64,000 nt of DNA from Parvicellaceae bacterium (GTDB taxonomy: Bacteria; Bacteroidota; Bacteroidia; Flavobacteriales_D; JAUILH01), in contig OZ246010.1 in the NCBI GenBank assembly GCA_965230535.1, positions 2,202,792-2,266,791 on the forward strand. Reading direction: 5' to 3'. This document shows positions 44,515 to 54,663 of the stretch, in pieces. The notes beneath the pieces are model-generated. The model did no database searches. It was not told where the DNA came from and saw only the letters and a program-made list of their open reading frames with translations. Both the position numbers and the translations under genes were made by a program. Each line of letters starts with the position of its first letter. Within the stretch, counting starts at the first letter, position 1.

Positions 44515-47500
44515 ATGAATCATTCTTATAAGCAACTGATATCAAAACTTGATGGTTTCATTCGGAAATTCTATAAAAACGAATTACTGAAGGGCTTAAT
44601 TTGGTTTCTAGCCTTAGGGTTGATTTTGTTTTTAAGCATCATTGGTCTTGAAGCGATTGGTCGTTTTGGGTCCACTACCCGATCGTTAATGTTCTACGGG
44701 TTTGTTGCAGGATCAGGCTTTTTGTTATTCAGATACATTCTAACCCCCTTGTTTAAGCTTTACAAGATTGGAAAAACGATTGACCATGCCCAGGCAGCAC
44801 AAATTCTTGGTCGACACTTTCCGGAAGTAGGCGATAAACTGATCAACACCCTTCAACTCAAGAAAGAAGCAGAGAATACCAATAACGATCTTCTATTAGC
44901 CAGTATTGATAAAAGAGTCGGATCCCTGTCTCCAGTACCATTTAACAACGCTGTAGACTATAAAGAAAACCGTAGGTACGCCAAGTTTGTTCTAATACCA
45001 CTGTCTGTTCTGGTTGTTTTATTGTTTGTCAATGCAAAATGGGTAACCGAGCCAACAGACAGAATTGTGCATTACGACGACGAGTACACGCCTCCCCCAC
45101 CCTATGAGATTGTTTTGGAAAACGACGACCTATCCGTTGTAGAGCAGGAAGAAGTGGTTTTAAGAGTTCGTGTTAACGGGAATGAGGTTCCACCAAGCGT
45201 TTCCGTGATCAAGAATGGTAGCAAATACCGAATGAAGAAGGTCTCAAACCGTGAGTATGTCTATAAAATGAGAGCAGATGGCCATACCACACTTAAGTTT
45301 ACTTCAGGTGAGATAGACAGTAGAAGATATGTATTAGAGGTGCTGCCAAGACCAAGTATAGAAGAGTTTACTTTAGAGCTGGATTATCCCGATTATACGG
45401 GCATTTCGGATCAAAAACTGAAGAGCATTGGGGATTTGAATATTCCTGAAGGAACCATAGTGAAATGGACATTTAATACTCAGAATGTGTCTAAAGTATA
45501 CATGAATTCTCAAATGATAGACACGGTTTTAAAGGTTGATGTCATGGACGAAACGAGTGTTTCAAGACAGTTGTTCAACTCCGAGCAGTATGTCGTGACA
45601 ACAGAGAATGAGTATTTATCCAAAGCAGATTCTGCTGTGTATTTTGTTGAGGTAAGTAAAGATGAATATCCTGCCATTAAAGTCACGGAGGACAAGGACA
45701 GCACCAATGACCGACTGAGATACTTCACAGGAAAAGTGTCTGATGACTATGGAATCCGAAACCTTGCCATGTCTGTTAATTACCGTAAAGGAGACAGAAA
45801 GGGTCAGAGCAAATCATTCCCGGTACGCATCAGTGAGGGTGTATTGTCAGAAGATTTTATGCACTATATCAACTTTGATCAATTAGAGCTACTTCCCGGA
45901 GAGGAGATTAGCTACTACTTTACTGTTTGGGATAACGATGGTATTAATGGAAGCAAGAGCAGCAGCAGTGGTGCCAGAATATTTGCCATGCCTACAAAGG
46001 AGGAAATGGAGGATATGTATAACCAAAGCTCGGAAAACACTATGTCCGAGATGGAAAAGGCAATTAAAGAAGCTTCTGAGCTTAAAAAGCAGATGAAGCA
46101 AATGCAAAATGAGTTGTCTAATTCTCAGAACATGAGCTGGCAACAGAAGCAAAAGCTGGAAAACATGCTCGAAAAGCAAATGAGCCTTCAGGAAAAAGTG
46201 GATGAGCTTAAGAAGCAATTCAAGAAAGACAATGAGGATCAGGACAAGTTCAAGGATATTGCTGAAGAAGATAAAGAAAAGCGTGAGAAGCTGGAAGAGT
46301 TAATGGAAGAACTGTTTACTCCGGAAATGAAGGAAATGCTTAAGGAACTTCAGGAGTTGATGAAGGAACTCAACAAGGATAAAATTCAGCAAAACCTTGA
46401 AGAAATGAATCTTGAGAACGAGAATCTCGAGAAAACTCTGGAACAAGCCCTAGAGCACATGAAACAGCTTCAATTTCAGGAAAAGCTGAAAGACCTGGTT
46501 GAAGACACTAAAGAATTGTCTGAGAAACAAGACCAGTTGGCCGAAAAAATGGCCGAAAAAGACATTGATGAGAAAGAAGCTAAAGAAGCTCAGGAGGAGA
46601 TTGATGAAGAGATGAAGGAGATCGACGATAAAATGAAAGAGCTTCAGGAGAAGAACGACGATCTCGGCAAGAAACACGATCTGGATGAGGCAAAAGACGA
46701 GCAGAAGGCTTCAGAAGACGCCCAAAAGCAATCTCAGGAGCAAATGCAGAACGGGAAAATGAAAAAAGCCTCTCAGTCCCAAAAGCAAGCAGCTCAGCAA
46801 ATGCAAAAGATGTCAGAATCTCTTGCCAGCATGCAGGCACAGGCTCAACAACAACAGCAACAAGAAGACATGGATGCCCTAAGGCAGTTGCTTGAGAACC
46901 TGCTTGAAATGTCTTTTACTCAGGAAGAGATCATGGAAGACATCAAAAGCTTGTCGGCTCACGACCCTAAGTATGTTGAGGTTGGGCGTAAACAAAGGAA
47001 AATCAAAGATGATGCTGAGATGGTTAAGGACTCATTATTTGCGTTGAGTAAGCGAGTAATAGAAATCAAGCCTATCATTAATGAGGAAATCGGACAGATC
47101 AATTATTACATGGACAAATCTCTTGACGATATCGGAGAAAGAAGAACCAATGAAGCCCGTTCCAAGCAGCAGTTTATCATGAGCTCTACCAACAACCTGG
47201 CGCTCCTTTTAGATGAGGTTTTGAAGCAGATGCAGCAGCAAATGCAGGCGCAATCACAATCTTCCGGTTCGGGATCATGTATGAAGCCCGGGGCCGGACA
47301 AAGCAAACCAACCTCCATTCCGAGTCTTCAACAAATGCAGGAACAGCTTGGAAAGCAGCTGGAGAAGATGAAAAAAGGCATGAAAGATGGCAAGGGAGAA
47401 GACGGAAAAGGGAAAAAGCCAGGAGAAAAAGGCAGTCAGGGCGGAAACAAGCCAAATGGTCAGGGCGGAACAAGCGGTGGCTCAGGAGAAGGAGATCAGG

Positions 47501-47934
47501 AAGGACAGCAGCAAAGCGAGAGCTTATCAAAATTGGCAGCACAACAGGCAGCCATTCGCGAACAGTTAAAGAAGTTGAGAAAAGAGCTTAATCAGGACGG
47601 AAGCGGCAATGGTAACGGCTTAAACAAGATCATTGACGACATGGAGAAGACAGAGGAAGATATCATCTATAACAAGATTGGTGATCAGACTTTGAAGCGT
47701 CAAAAAGATATTTTGACGAGACTTTTGGAGCACGAAAGAGCAGAGAGAGAAAGGGATTGGGACGAAAAGCGTGAATCAAAAGAAGCAAAAAATGAAGAAT
47801 TTAGTAACCCTGATCGTTTTTTGGAGTATAAGAGGAGGAAAGAAAAGGAAATTGAGTTGTTGCGAACCATCCCGCCTGATCTAAAAAAGTATTACAGAAG
47901 AAAGGTGAATGCCTACTTTAACAGTGCAGAATAA
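44515..47934 (+). CDS. giant membrane-anchored coiled-coil / Gln-Glu-Lys-rich protein (DUF4175-like)
   Basis: Two N-terminal TM helices, a roughly 450-aa globular region, then about 600 aa of charged heptad-like low complexity (QQQQQQED, GKGEDGKGKKPGEKG). The family call is from memory of similar Bacteroidota proteins. The ATG at 44515 is preferred over the GTG at 44506. Confidence 0.7.
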   Translation: MNHSYKQLISKLDGFIRKFYKNELLKGLIWFLALGLILFLSIIGLEAIGRFGSTTRSLMFYGFVAGSGFLLFRYILTPLFKLYKIGKTIDHAQAAQILGRHFPEVGDKLINTLQLKKEAENTNNDLLLASIDKRVGSLSPVPFNNAVDYKENRRYAKFVLIPLSVLVVLLFVNAKWVTEPTDRIVHYDDEYTPPPPYEIVLENDDLSVVEQEEVVLRVRVNGNEVPPSVSVIKNGSKYRMKKVSNREYVYKMRADGHTTLKFTSGEIDSRRYVLEVLPRPSIEEFTLELDYPDYTGISDQKLKSIGDLNIPEGTIVKWTFNTQNVSKVYMNSQMIDTVLKVDVMDETSVSRQLFNSEQYVVTTENEYLSKADSAVYFVEVSKDEYPAIKVTEDKDSTNDRLRYFTGKVSDDYGIRNLAMSVNYRKGDRKGQSKSFPVRISEGVLSEDFMHYINFDQLELLPGEEISYYFTVWDNDGINGSKSSSSGARIFAMPTKEEMEDMYNQSSENTMSEMEKAIKEASELKKQMKQMQNELSNSQNMSWQQKQKLENMLEKQMSLQEKVDELKKQFKKDNEDQDKFKDIAEEDKEKREKLEELMEELFTPEMKEMLKELQELMKELNKDKIQQNLEEMNLENENLEKTLEQALEHMKQLQFQEKLKDLVEDTKELSEKQDQLAEKMAEKDIDEKEAKEAQEEIDEEMKEIDDKMKELQEKNDDLGKKHDLDEAKDEQKASEDAQKQSQEQMQNGKMKKASQSQKQAAQQMQKMSESLASMQAQAQQQQQQEDMDALRQLLENLLEMSFTQEEIMEDIKSLSAHDPKYVEVGRKQRKIKDDAEMVKDSLFALSKRVIEIKPIINEEIGQINYYMDKSLDDIGERRTNEARSKQQFIMSSTNNLALLLDEVLKQMQQQMQAQSQSSGSGSCMKPGAGQSKPTSIPSLQQMQEQLGKQLEKMKKGMKDGKGEDGKGKKPGEKGSQGGNKPNGQGGTSGGSGEGDQEGQQQSESLSKLAAQQAAIREQLKKLRKELNQDGSGNGNGLNKIIDDMEKTEEDIIYNKIGDQTLKRQKDILTRLLEHERAERERDWDEKRESKEAKNEEFSNPDRFLEYKRRKEKEIELLRTIPPDLKKYYRRKVNAYFNSAE

Positions 47935-47936
47935 GT

Positions 47937-48362
47937 ATGATTGAAATGGAACAAGAAGCCACAGTTATTCAAAAGATTGAGCTTGAATCAACCTCAGAGA
48001 ACATTGCTAAGGTTGAGAAATTGATTGATGAAGTGTGTGAAGTCAGCAAGGTAAATCAAGACTATTACGGAAATATTCTGATCGCGATCACAGAAGCGGT
48101 CAACAATGCCATCGTTCATGGCAATAAAAAAGATCCTCACAAGAAATTCAGCGTGTCATGCGCTACTAAAAAAGAAAGCCTGTGCTTTACAGTGTCAGAT
48201 GAGGGCGAAGGGTTTGATTACGACAATCTACCCGACCCTACGGATCCGGAAAACATTGAAAAACCGAATGGAAGGGGCGTTTTCCTGATGAGAAACCTGG
48301 CAGATGAGGTGAATTTCGAAGACGATGGACGCATTGTCCAACTGGATTTTAATTTGTCCTAA
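47937..48362 (+). CDS. RsbW/SpoIIAB-like anti-sigma regulatory Ser/Thr kinase (HATPase_c_2)
   Basis: 141 aa with N-box AITEAVNNAIVHGN and G-boxes SDEGEGFD and GRGVFLMRNLAD. Starts 2 nt after the upstream stop. Confidence 0.75.
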   Translation: MIEMEQEATVIQKIELESTSENIAKVEKLIDEVCEVSKVNQDYYGNILIAITEAVNNAIVHGNKKDPHKKFSVSCATKKESLCFTVSDEGEGFDYDNLPDPTDPENIEKPNGRGVFLMRNLADEVNFEDDGRIVQLDFNLS

Positions 48363-48365
48363 CCC

Positions 48366-48779
48366 ATGGTAGAAATTTTTTATGAAGACTGGCAGGAGCC
48401 GGTCTTTTTTTCTTTTGAGCCGTCTGAGTGGTTAAGTGCCTTATGTGATAAAGAGGACAAGGAACTCATTGAAATCAATCTCATTTTTTGTTCTGATAAC
48501 TACCTTCTGGACAAGAACATTGAAATCTTAAACCATGATTATTATACAGACATTATTACATTGGATTACTGTATTGATAGTCAGGTGATAGGAGACTTGT
48601 TTATTAGCATTGATCGGGTTACTGAAAACGCCAGGAAATCGGGGGCAGAATTTTATGATGAATTATGCAGAGTGGTCGCCCACGGAACGCTTCACTTGTG
48701 TGGATATGGAGATAAGACCCCTGAGGAAATCAAGGAAATGAGAGCTAAAGAGGATTTCTATCTATCTTTGCGGCCTTAA
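48366..48779 (+). CDS. ybeY: rRNA maturation endoribonuclease YbeY
   Basis: Zn-binding H-x-x-x-H-x-x-x-x-x-H motif within VAHGTLHLCGYGD. Confidence 0.9.
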   Translation: MVEIFYEDWQEPVFFSFEPSEWLSALCDKEDKELIEINLIFCSDNYLLDKNIEILNHDYYTDIITLDYCIDSQVIGDLFISIDRVTENARKSGAEFYDELCRVVAHGTLHLCGYGDKTPEEIKEMRAKEDFYLSLRP

Positions 48780-48797
48780 TGTTTCACGTGAAACGAT

Positions 48798-50669
48798 ATG
48801 CTAAGAGAATATGATGTCATAGTAGTTGGAGCAGGTCACGCAGGATGTGAAGCGGCTGCGGCTGCGGCAAACCTGGGGTCAAGTGTTTTATTGGTTACAA
48901 TGAACATGAACACCATTGCTCAGATGAGTTGTAATCCCGCTATGGGAGGAATTGCCAAGGGTCAAATCGTTCGTGAAATAGACGCCCTTGGTGGATATAG
49001 TGGAATCGTTACGGATGAGACCATGATCCAGTTTAGAATGCTGAACAGATCTAAAGGACCAGCCATGTGGAGCCCAAGAGCTCAATCTGACAGAATGAGG
49101 TTTGCTGAGAAGTGGCGACTGATGTTGGAACAAACACCGAATGTGGATTTTTGGCAGGACATGATCACAGGACTTTTGTTGGAGGGCGATAAAGTGTGCG
49201 GAGTCAAAACATCCATAGGAACAGAAATAAAGGCCAAAACCGTTGTGCTTACCAACGGAACATTTCTGAATGGACTCATTCATTTGGGAGAGAAGAATTT
49301 TGGTGGAGGACGTGCAGGAGAAAGAGCTGCTTTTGGAATTACAGAACAATTGATTGAACTAGGGTTTGAATCCGGAAGAATGAAAACAGGAACGCCTCCA
49401 AGAGTAGATGGCAGATCCCTGGATTATTCTAAAATGGAAGAGCAGGCAGGAGATGAAATTGCCGGAAAATTCTCGTTTACGGATACGAAAGCTCTTGAAG
49501 GGCAGAGGCCGTGTCACATTACTTATACCAATCCGGATGTGCACGATTTGTTGAGAACAGGGTTTGATAAAAGCCCAATGTTCAATGGTGCAATTCAAGG
49601 TTCTGGACCAAGGTATTGTCCGTCTATCGAAGACAAGATTAATCGCTTTGCCGAAAGAGATCGTCATCAAATTTTCGTAGAGCCGGAAGGGTGGAATACC
49701 ATCGAAATTTATGTAAATGGATTTAGCACGTCTCTTCCAGAGGATGTTCAAATGGCGGCAATGAAATTGATTCCTGGCTTTGAAAACGTGAAGATGTTTA
49801 GGCCGGGTTATGCCATAGAGTATGATTACTTCCCTCCTACCCAACTTAAATACACGCTTGAAACTAAGTTGGTGTCTGGCTTATATTTTGCCGGACAAAT
49901 TAACGGAACTACCGGGTATGAGGAAGCTGCTTGCCAGGGCTTAATGGCAGGCATCAATGCGGCCTTGTCTGTTCAGGAAAAGGAAAGTTTTATTCTCAAG
50001 AGATCTGAGGCTTATATAGGTGTTTTGATAGATGATCTAATCACGAAAGGAACAGAGGAGCCTTATAGAATGTTTACGAGCAGGGCAGAGTTTAGAATTC
50101 TTTTAAGACAAGACAATGCCGATCTAAGATTAACGCCTTTGAGTCACAATATTGGTTTGGCTTCAGACGAAAGATTGAAGAAAGTAGAAGAGAAAAACCA
50201 ACGTTCTGAGGACTTGTTAAAGTATATTGATAAGACAAGTATTAAACCAGAAGAAGTGAATTCTGTGTTGGCAGAAAAGAAGGGGTCTCCGATCAAACAC
50301 TCTGTTAAATTAAGAAGTGTTTTGAGCAGGCCCGAGATGACTTTTACCGATTTAAGAAGCTCAGTGCAATGGTTTGATGAGAAGTTAAAAGACGAGGAAA
50401 GCTGTAATGTTGAAATTGTAGAACAAGCGCAAATCCGCGTGAAATATGACGGCTATATTTCGAGAGAACAGGAGCAGGCAAATAAACTCGAAAGACTGGA
50501 TTATGTCAAAATTCCTGAGGACACAGACTACTCCAAGTTTGGATCACTGTCAGCAGAAGCAAGAGAAAAATTAAAAAACTTACGACCAGAAACAATTGGC
50601 CAGGCAAGCAGAATTAGTGGTGTGTCGCCATCAGATGTATCCATATTGCTGGTCTATTTAGGTCGATAA
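48798..50669 (+). CDS. mnmG: tRNA uridine-5-carboxymethylaminomethyl(34) synthesis enzyme MnmG (GidA)
   Basis: [19 protein letters not shown] motif, [27 protein letters not shown] and C-terminal [21 protein letters not shown]. Confidence 0.96.
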   Translation: MLREYDVIVVGAGHAGCEAAAAAANLGSSVLLVTMNMNTIAQMSCNPAMGGIAKGQIVREIDALGGYSGIVTDETMIQFRMLNRSKGPAMWSPRAQSDRMRFAEKWRLMLEQTPNVDFWQDMITGLLLEGDKVCGVKTSIGTEIKAKTVVLTNGTFLNGLIHLGEKNFGGGRAGERAAFGITEQLIELGFESGRMKTGTPPRVDGRSLDYSKMEEQAGDEIAGKFSFTDTKALEGQRPCHITYTNPDVHDLLRTGFDKSPMFNGAIQGSGPRYCPSIEDKINRFAERDRHQIFVEPEGWNTIEIYVNGFSTSLPEDVQMAAMKLIPGFENVKMFRPGYAIEYDYFPPTQLKYTLETKLVSGLYFAGQINGTTGYEEAACQGLMAGINAALSVQEKESFILKRSEAYIGVLIDDLITKGTEEPYRMFTSRAEFRILLRQDNADLRLTPLSHNIGLASDERLKKVEEKNQRSEDLLKYIDKTSIKPEEVNSVLAEKKGSPIKHSVKLRSVLSRPEMTFTDLRSSVQWFDEKLKDEESCNVEIVEQAQIRVKYDGYISREQEQANKLERLDYVKIPEDTDYSKFGSLSAEAREKLKNLRPETIGQASRISGVSPSDVSILLVYLGR

Positions 50670-50685
50670 ATTAAAGAGGTTTCAC

Positions 50686-51567
50686 GTGGAACAAAACTTA
50701 AACTTACTTCAAACTTGTCCGCTTTGTGGAGGAACGGAATCGGAAACTTTTCTTGAGGCCAAGGATCATTCCTATTCAAAAGAATCCTTCAAAATAGAGT
50801 CCTGTAAATCTTGTGGATTCAAGTTCACAAATCCCATCCCCACAGAAGATACTATTGGGAATTATTATAAATCTGAGATCTATATTTCACACAACGATTC
50901 AAACAAAGGTTTGATGAACAAGGTGTATAAATGGGTTCGAAAGAGAGCCATCAGATCAAAAGAAAATATCGTTTCCGGGTTGACTTCAGAAAGACGAATT
51001 TTGGATATCGGATGTGGTACCGGAGATTTTTTGGCCTTTTGTAAAGAGAACGGATGGGTCACCAGGGGACTTGAACCGGATTCAGGGGCAAGAGAGAAAT
51101 GCCAGGAAAAGGGAATAGATGTATCGGACATTAATCAACTTCATGACGACAGCATGCCCAAAGTAAATGTTATTACCATGTGGCATGTTCTGGAGCACGT
51201 GTATCACCTTCAAAGAGATTTTGCAAGAATGGTTGAGCTACTGGAAGATAATGGTGCGATGGTGATTGCAGTTCCAAATCATACGAGCTATGACGCAAAA
51301 AAGTATGAGGGCTATTGGGCGGCCTATGATCTACCGATTCATTTATATCATTTCAGACCAGAAGACATTAAGTCTTTGGCGGAACAACATCACCTGCAAT
51401 TTGAAAAAATGATTCCAATGAAATGGGATGCATATTATGTGTCTATGTTGTCAGAATCTTTCAAAGGAAAAAATAAATGGTTGGGATTAAAAACCGGATT
51501 CTTGTCTAACATGAAGGCAAAAAATGGAGAGTACTCGTCTCAGATCTATATTTTAAGGAAGAAATAG
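50686..51567 (+). CDS. class I SAM-dependent methyltransferase with N-terminal Cys4 zinc ribbon
   Basis: CPLCGG...CKSCGF ribbon and SAM motif I ILDIGCGTGDF. GTG start. Confidence 0.8.
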   Translation: MEQNLNLLQTCPLCGGTESETFLEAKDHSYSKESFKIESCKSCGFKFTNPIPTEDTIGNYYKSEIYISHNDSNKGLMNKVYKWVRKRAIRSKENIVSGLTSERRILDIGCGTGDFLAFCKENGWVTRGLEPDSGAREKCQEKGIDVSDINQLHDDSMPKVNVITMWHVLEHVYHLQRDFARMVELLEDNGAMVIAVPNHTSYDAKKYEGYWAAYDLPIHLYHFRPEDIKSLAEQHHLQFEKMIPMKWDAYYVSMLSESFKGKNKWLGLKTGFLSNMKAKNGEYSSQIYILRKK

Positions 51568-51683
51568 GCATTTTAACGTCTTTTAACGCTTTTTTTGCAT
51601 CCTTTACGTCTCTTTGGTCGTTTTTTAGCAGAAAACCAATTTAAGGCCTGTTTCTGGAGGTCGAAATAAATAGTTGTTTATCA

Positions 51684-52958
51684 ATGAATTACAAAATAAA
51701 AACAAAGCAAGCTCCTGTTTATCAGGTGATTATGTTGTTTGGTGCTTTTTTGGCACTTTTCTTTTTCTCAGCATGTTCTGATTCTGAAGATGAAAATAAC
51801 AAAGCTCAATCTGAAAAACCGAAACCAGACTATTATGCCCTTGAATCTGAAAAATTGGATTCAACTTTGAATCAAAGTACTTATCTGGAAGAATACAAGG
51901 CCGGAAAAGCAGTCTTGAGAGCACTGGGGTCTGACAATAAACCTCCTTTACTAAATACTGATCTCTATAAAACAGCAGGTAAATATGCCTTTAGAATCAT
52001 GAACAATGATTATCCTTCAACAGAAGAGTTGTTGATGAACGCCCCATTATTACTGGAAGCCAAGGCGATTTATGATGATTTTCCTCCCAAATTGTATGAT
52101 TTGAATGAGTCCGATTATCAGCCAATTCTATTTTCTGCAACGGAAGTTTTGGAAGAAGACAAACCTGACTTTGAGTGGAGCGCTTCCTATGAACATCTTT
52201 TATTGTCGATCGTAACTCGTTACGCTCAAATGCCTGAAGCATATTCTCTATATGAAATAGAAAAAGTTAATCCGGAAGAGATTCAAGACAACGAGATCAA
52301 AACGTTGGCTTATTTATACAAAGCGGTTAACTTTTCTGAACATGGATTGCCTTACCATGCCGCTGAAAATGCGCAATTGGCAAGGAAAACAATCGAAAAA
52401 ACAGAGAACTTAAGTGGAACGTTTACCAAGTCTATCGTCATAGAAGCCGGAGATGAAGACGCAGAGATCTCTAAGGCACGTTTGACTCAAATTTGTTTGC
52501 TTGTTGAAGGCTTGGCACACATGCAGATGTCAGATGAAGATGATAAAAAGAAAGGCATTCCGGTACTTAAAGAGTATATGGCTCTTAGCAAGGATCAAAA
52601 GTTAGTTGACGAATGGACGGTTTTGTCAGAACTGGTTACCCAAATGCAAGCCAACAGATACGATAATTCAGACGCTTTGCTCGACAAATATGGCAAGCAT
52701 CAAAACTTGTCGTTTTCTGAAAAGTCAAGCTTGTTGGCGGAAAGGAAAAAAGCTTCTGCTAATGATGCTGCGGGACTCAGAAACATTGTGATTACGGGAA
52801 TTGTGGCAGAAAAACTCTACAGATATATTCAGGGCACAACCTGGTTTAAAGACCTTGAAAGTAACCCAATTGGAGATGGCATGATCAATGCTTTTGATCG
52901 CGTGCAAGGGTTCGAAGACAAACTTGGCGACCTGAATTCTCTGAGCAAATTCTTTTAG
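51684..52958 (+). CDS. hypothetical lipoprotein (helical, unknown function)
   Basis: Lipobox-like LFFFSAC after a hydrophobic N-terminus. I recognise no domain. Confidence 0.55.
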   Translation: MNYKIKTKQAPVYQVIMLFGAFLALFFFSACSDSEDENNKAQSEKPKPDYYALESEKLDSTLNQSTYLEEYKAGKAVLRALGSDNKPPLLNTDLYKTAGKYAFRIMNNDYPSTEELLMNAPLLLEAKAIYDDFPPKLYDLNESDYQPILFSATEVLEEDKPDFEWSASYEHLLLSIVTRYAQMPEAYSLYEIEKVNPEEIQDNEIKTLAYLYKAVNFSEHGLPYHAAENAQLARKTIEKTENLSGTFTKSIVIEAGDEDAEISKARLTQICLLVEGLAHMQMSDEDDKKKGIPVLKEYMALSKDQKLVDEWTVLSELVTQMQANRYDNSDALLDKYGKHQNLSFSEKSSLLAERKKASANDAAGLRNIVITGIVAEKLYRYIQGTTWFKDLESNPIGDGMINAFDRVQGFEDKLGDLNSLSKFF

Positions 52959-53533
52959 GCAAAACGCTCCATCATCCATAGTTTTCCAGCAGGCAAATCA
53001 AGCTCTTTGTAGCAACGGAAACCATAGCGCTGATAAAGCGCTTTCGTTCTTGGCAGTGGGGTTTCAGCATAAATGGGCAGTCTTTTTTTAGCTGATAGTG
53101 AAAAACTAAAATCCCTAATGGCCTGAATGGGCTCTAAACCTTTATTGTTGGGATCTATTGCCAACATCCAGAAGTAAAGGTGCTCACCGGCTTTTCTGTT
53201 CAGGTCCACTTTTTTTCTGTTGGAAAGCGCTTTTTTACTAACGCCAAAACCCAAAAAAGAAAACAGTTTTAGTTGTGTGCTTAAGTGAATTGTGAAAGGT
53301 TTTTTCTTTTTGGAATTATAGATCACAGCAATTCCTTTCCTGGACTCATCATAGTATACAGAACGTATTTTGATGAGTTCTGGCAATAAAATTGAGAATA
53401 GTTTCATTCGACCTTCATAGTCAGACCCCCGACTAAAGAGCACTTCTATGGTTGGATTATTGTCATATGCACGGGCCAGTAAATCGGCTATCCAGGGAAT
53501 GTCTTTTTTCTCAGCAACTGTCATTGTCTTCAA
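52955..53533 (-). CDS. putative GNAT-family N-acetyltransferase
   Basis: Size, and a C-terminal ...YQRYGFR motif typical of the GNAT acetyl-CoA region. This is weak evidence. Confidence 0.45.
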   Translation of the reverse strand: MKTMTVAEKKDIPWIADLLARAYDNNPTIEVLFSRGSDYEGRMKLFSILLPELIKIRSVYYDESRKGIAVIYNSKKKKPFTIHLSTQLKLFSFLGFGVSKKALSNRKKVDLNRKAGEHLYFWMLAIDPNNKGLEPIQAIRDFSFSLSAKKRLPIYAETPLPRTKALYQRYGFRCYKELDLPAGKLWMMERFA

Positions 53534-54302
53534 ATTGAGTTGAGTTCAAAATTAATCCAGAACCCGGTGCAATGTTTCTTAAATGTGTATCTGGTGGTTC
53601 AATTAATGACTGTTTGATGTCGTTGAGCGAAATTTCTCCTTTTCCCAGGGTTTCCAGTTGTCCCATCATCAGCCTTACCTGGTAGCGCATAAACCCTTTG
53701 GATCTGATTGTATAGACATAGCTGTTTTCCGGAAAAAAATTGGCTGTAAAACGCGTGTTTTTCTCAATTCTGCTATGTTCAACTGTTCGGATAAATTGCG
53801 TGTTTTCTGATGGTTTGGTGCAGTACTGCTTGAAATTATGAGTGCCTTCAAACAGAAGCGCTCCTTCCATCATCAATTCAATGTCCAGTTCTGCTGAAAA
53901 TGTGGCCATTAAAGGCGCACAAAAGGGATGAAGCTTTTCTCCAAAAGAAAACAGATAGAGATATTCTTTCATCTTTGGATTCTGGATGATGTTGAAATCC
54001 TTGCCGACCTTATCCACAGAGATGGCCCGAATGTCGTATGGCAAATTGAGATTAAAACTGTCTAAAAAAGCCGTTTCATTTTCAATAGCCTCTTCCAGGA
54101 ACAACTCAAAAGCCATATCAAGCGCAGATACCCGAGCATCTGTTCTGCTACCTCCAAGCGTTTTGAACTTATCGTGACCCAACACATAAGGCAATGTTCG
54201 GTCTATCATCTTATGTACCGTTTTTTGATTGGGCTGTTTGGCCCACCCACTGTAGCGGTAGCCCAAAAACTGAATTCTTATGAGGTAGTAATGCTTTTTC
54301 AT
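53511..54302 (-). CDS. truA: tRNA pseudouridine(38-40) synthase TruA
   Basis: RIQFLGYRYSGWAKQPN and the catalytic-Asp motif GGSRTDARVSA. The ATG at 54300-54302 (MKKHYYL) is preferred over the track start at 54347. Confidence 0.88.
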   Translation of the reverse strand: MKKHYYLIRIQFLGYRYSGWAKQPNQKTVHKMIDRTLPYVLGHDKFKTLGGSRTDARVSALDMAFELFLEEAIENETAFLDSFNLNLPYDIRAISVDKVGKDFNIIQNPKMKEYLYLFSFGEKLHPFCAPLMATFSAELDIELMMEGALLFEGTHNFKQYCTKPSENTQFIRTVEHSRIEKNTRFTANFFPENSYVYTIRSKGFMRYQVRLMMGQLETLGKGEISLNDIKQSLIEPPDTHLRNIAPGSGLILNSTQFEDNDSC

Positions 54303-54334
54303 CCTAACTTTAGGACGCGAAAGATAAAACAAAC

Positions 54335-54652
54335 ATGGCTTTAACAAACAACGACATCATCAAGAAATTACGCGTGGCACTTCAACTACGAGATGATGAT
54401 ATCATTGAGATTCTGGCATTGGTAGATTATAAAATAGGGAAGAGCGAACTAGGGGCTTTTTTCAGGCATGAGACACACCCGAAATACAAACCTCTTAAAG
54501 ACCAGATTCTTCGTAATTTCCTTAATGGATTGGTGATCTATAAACGTGGACCAATGGATCCACCGAAGAAAAAAGAAAAGAAGCCCCTATTTGAAAAAAG
54601 GCCTCTCAATAAGAAGCCTGTCAAAAAAGATAATCATACCGAAGAAAAGTAA
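54335..54652 (+). CDS. DUF1456 (YehS-like) family protein
   Basis: N-terminal NNDIIKKLRVALQLRDDDIIEIL pattern, recalled from DUF1456 proteins. Basic C-terminal tail. Confidence 0.55.
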   Translation: MALTNNDIIKKLRVALQLRDDDIIEILALVDYKIGKSELGAFFRHETHPKYKPLKDQILRNFLNGLVIYKRGPMDPPKKKEKKPLFEKRPLNKKPVKKDNHTEEK

Positions 54653-54663
54653 TCGGAATCTGC

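Noticed and set aside
45889-47591. Several ORFs of 60-118 aa on both strands inside the giant coiled-coil gene (45889-46218, 46450-46677, 46580-46840, 47106-47318, 47186-47542, 47277-47591, 47387-47569).
   Set aside because: They are artefacts of GAA/AAG/CAG-rich low-complexity coding sequence. They have no independent start context and are fully nested in a long well-supported ORF.
48888-49844. Two long antisense ORFs (153 and 161 aa) inside mnmG.
   Set aside because: mnmG is highly conserved and continuous on the plus strand. The antisense frames are chance open frames.
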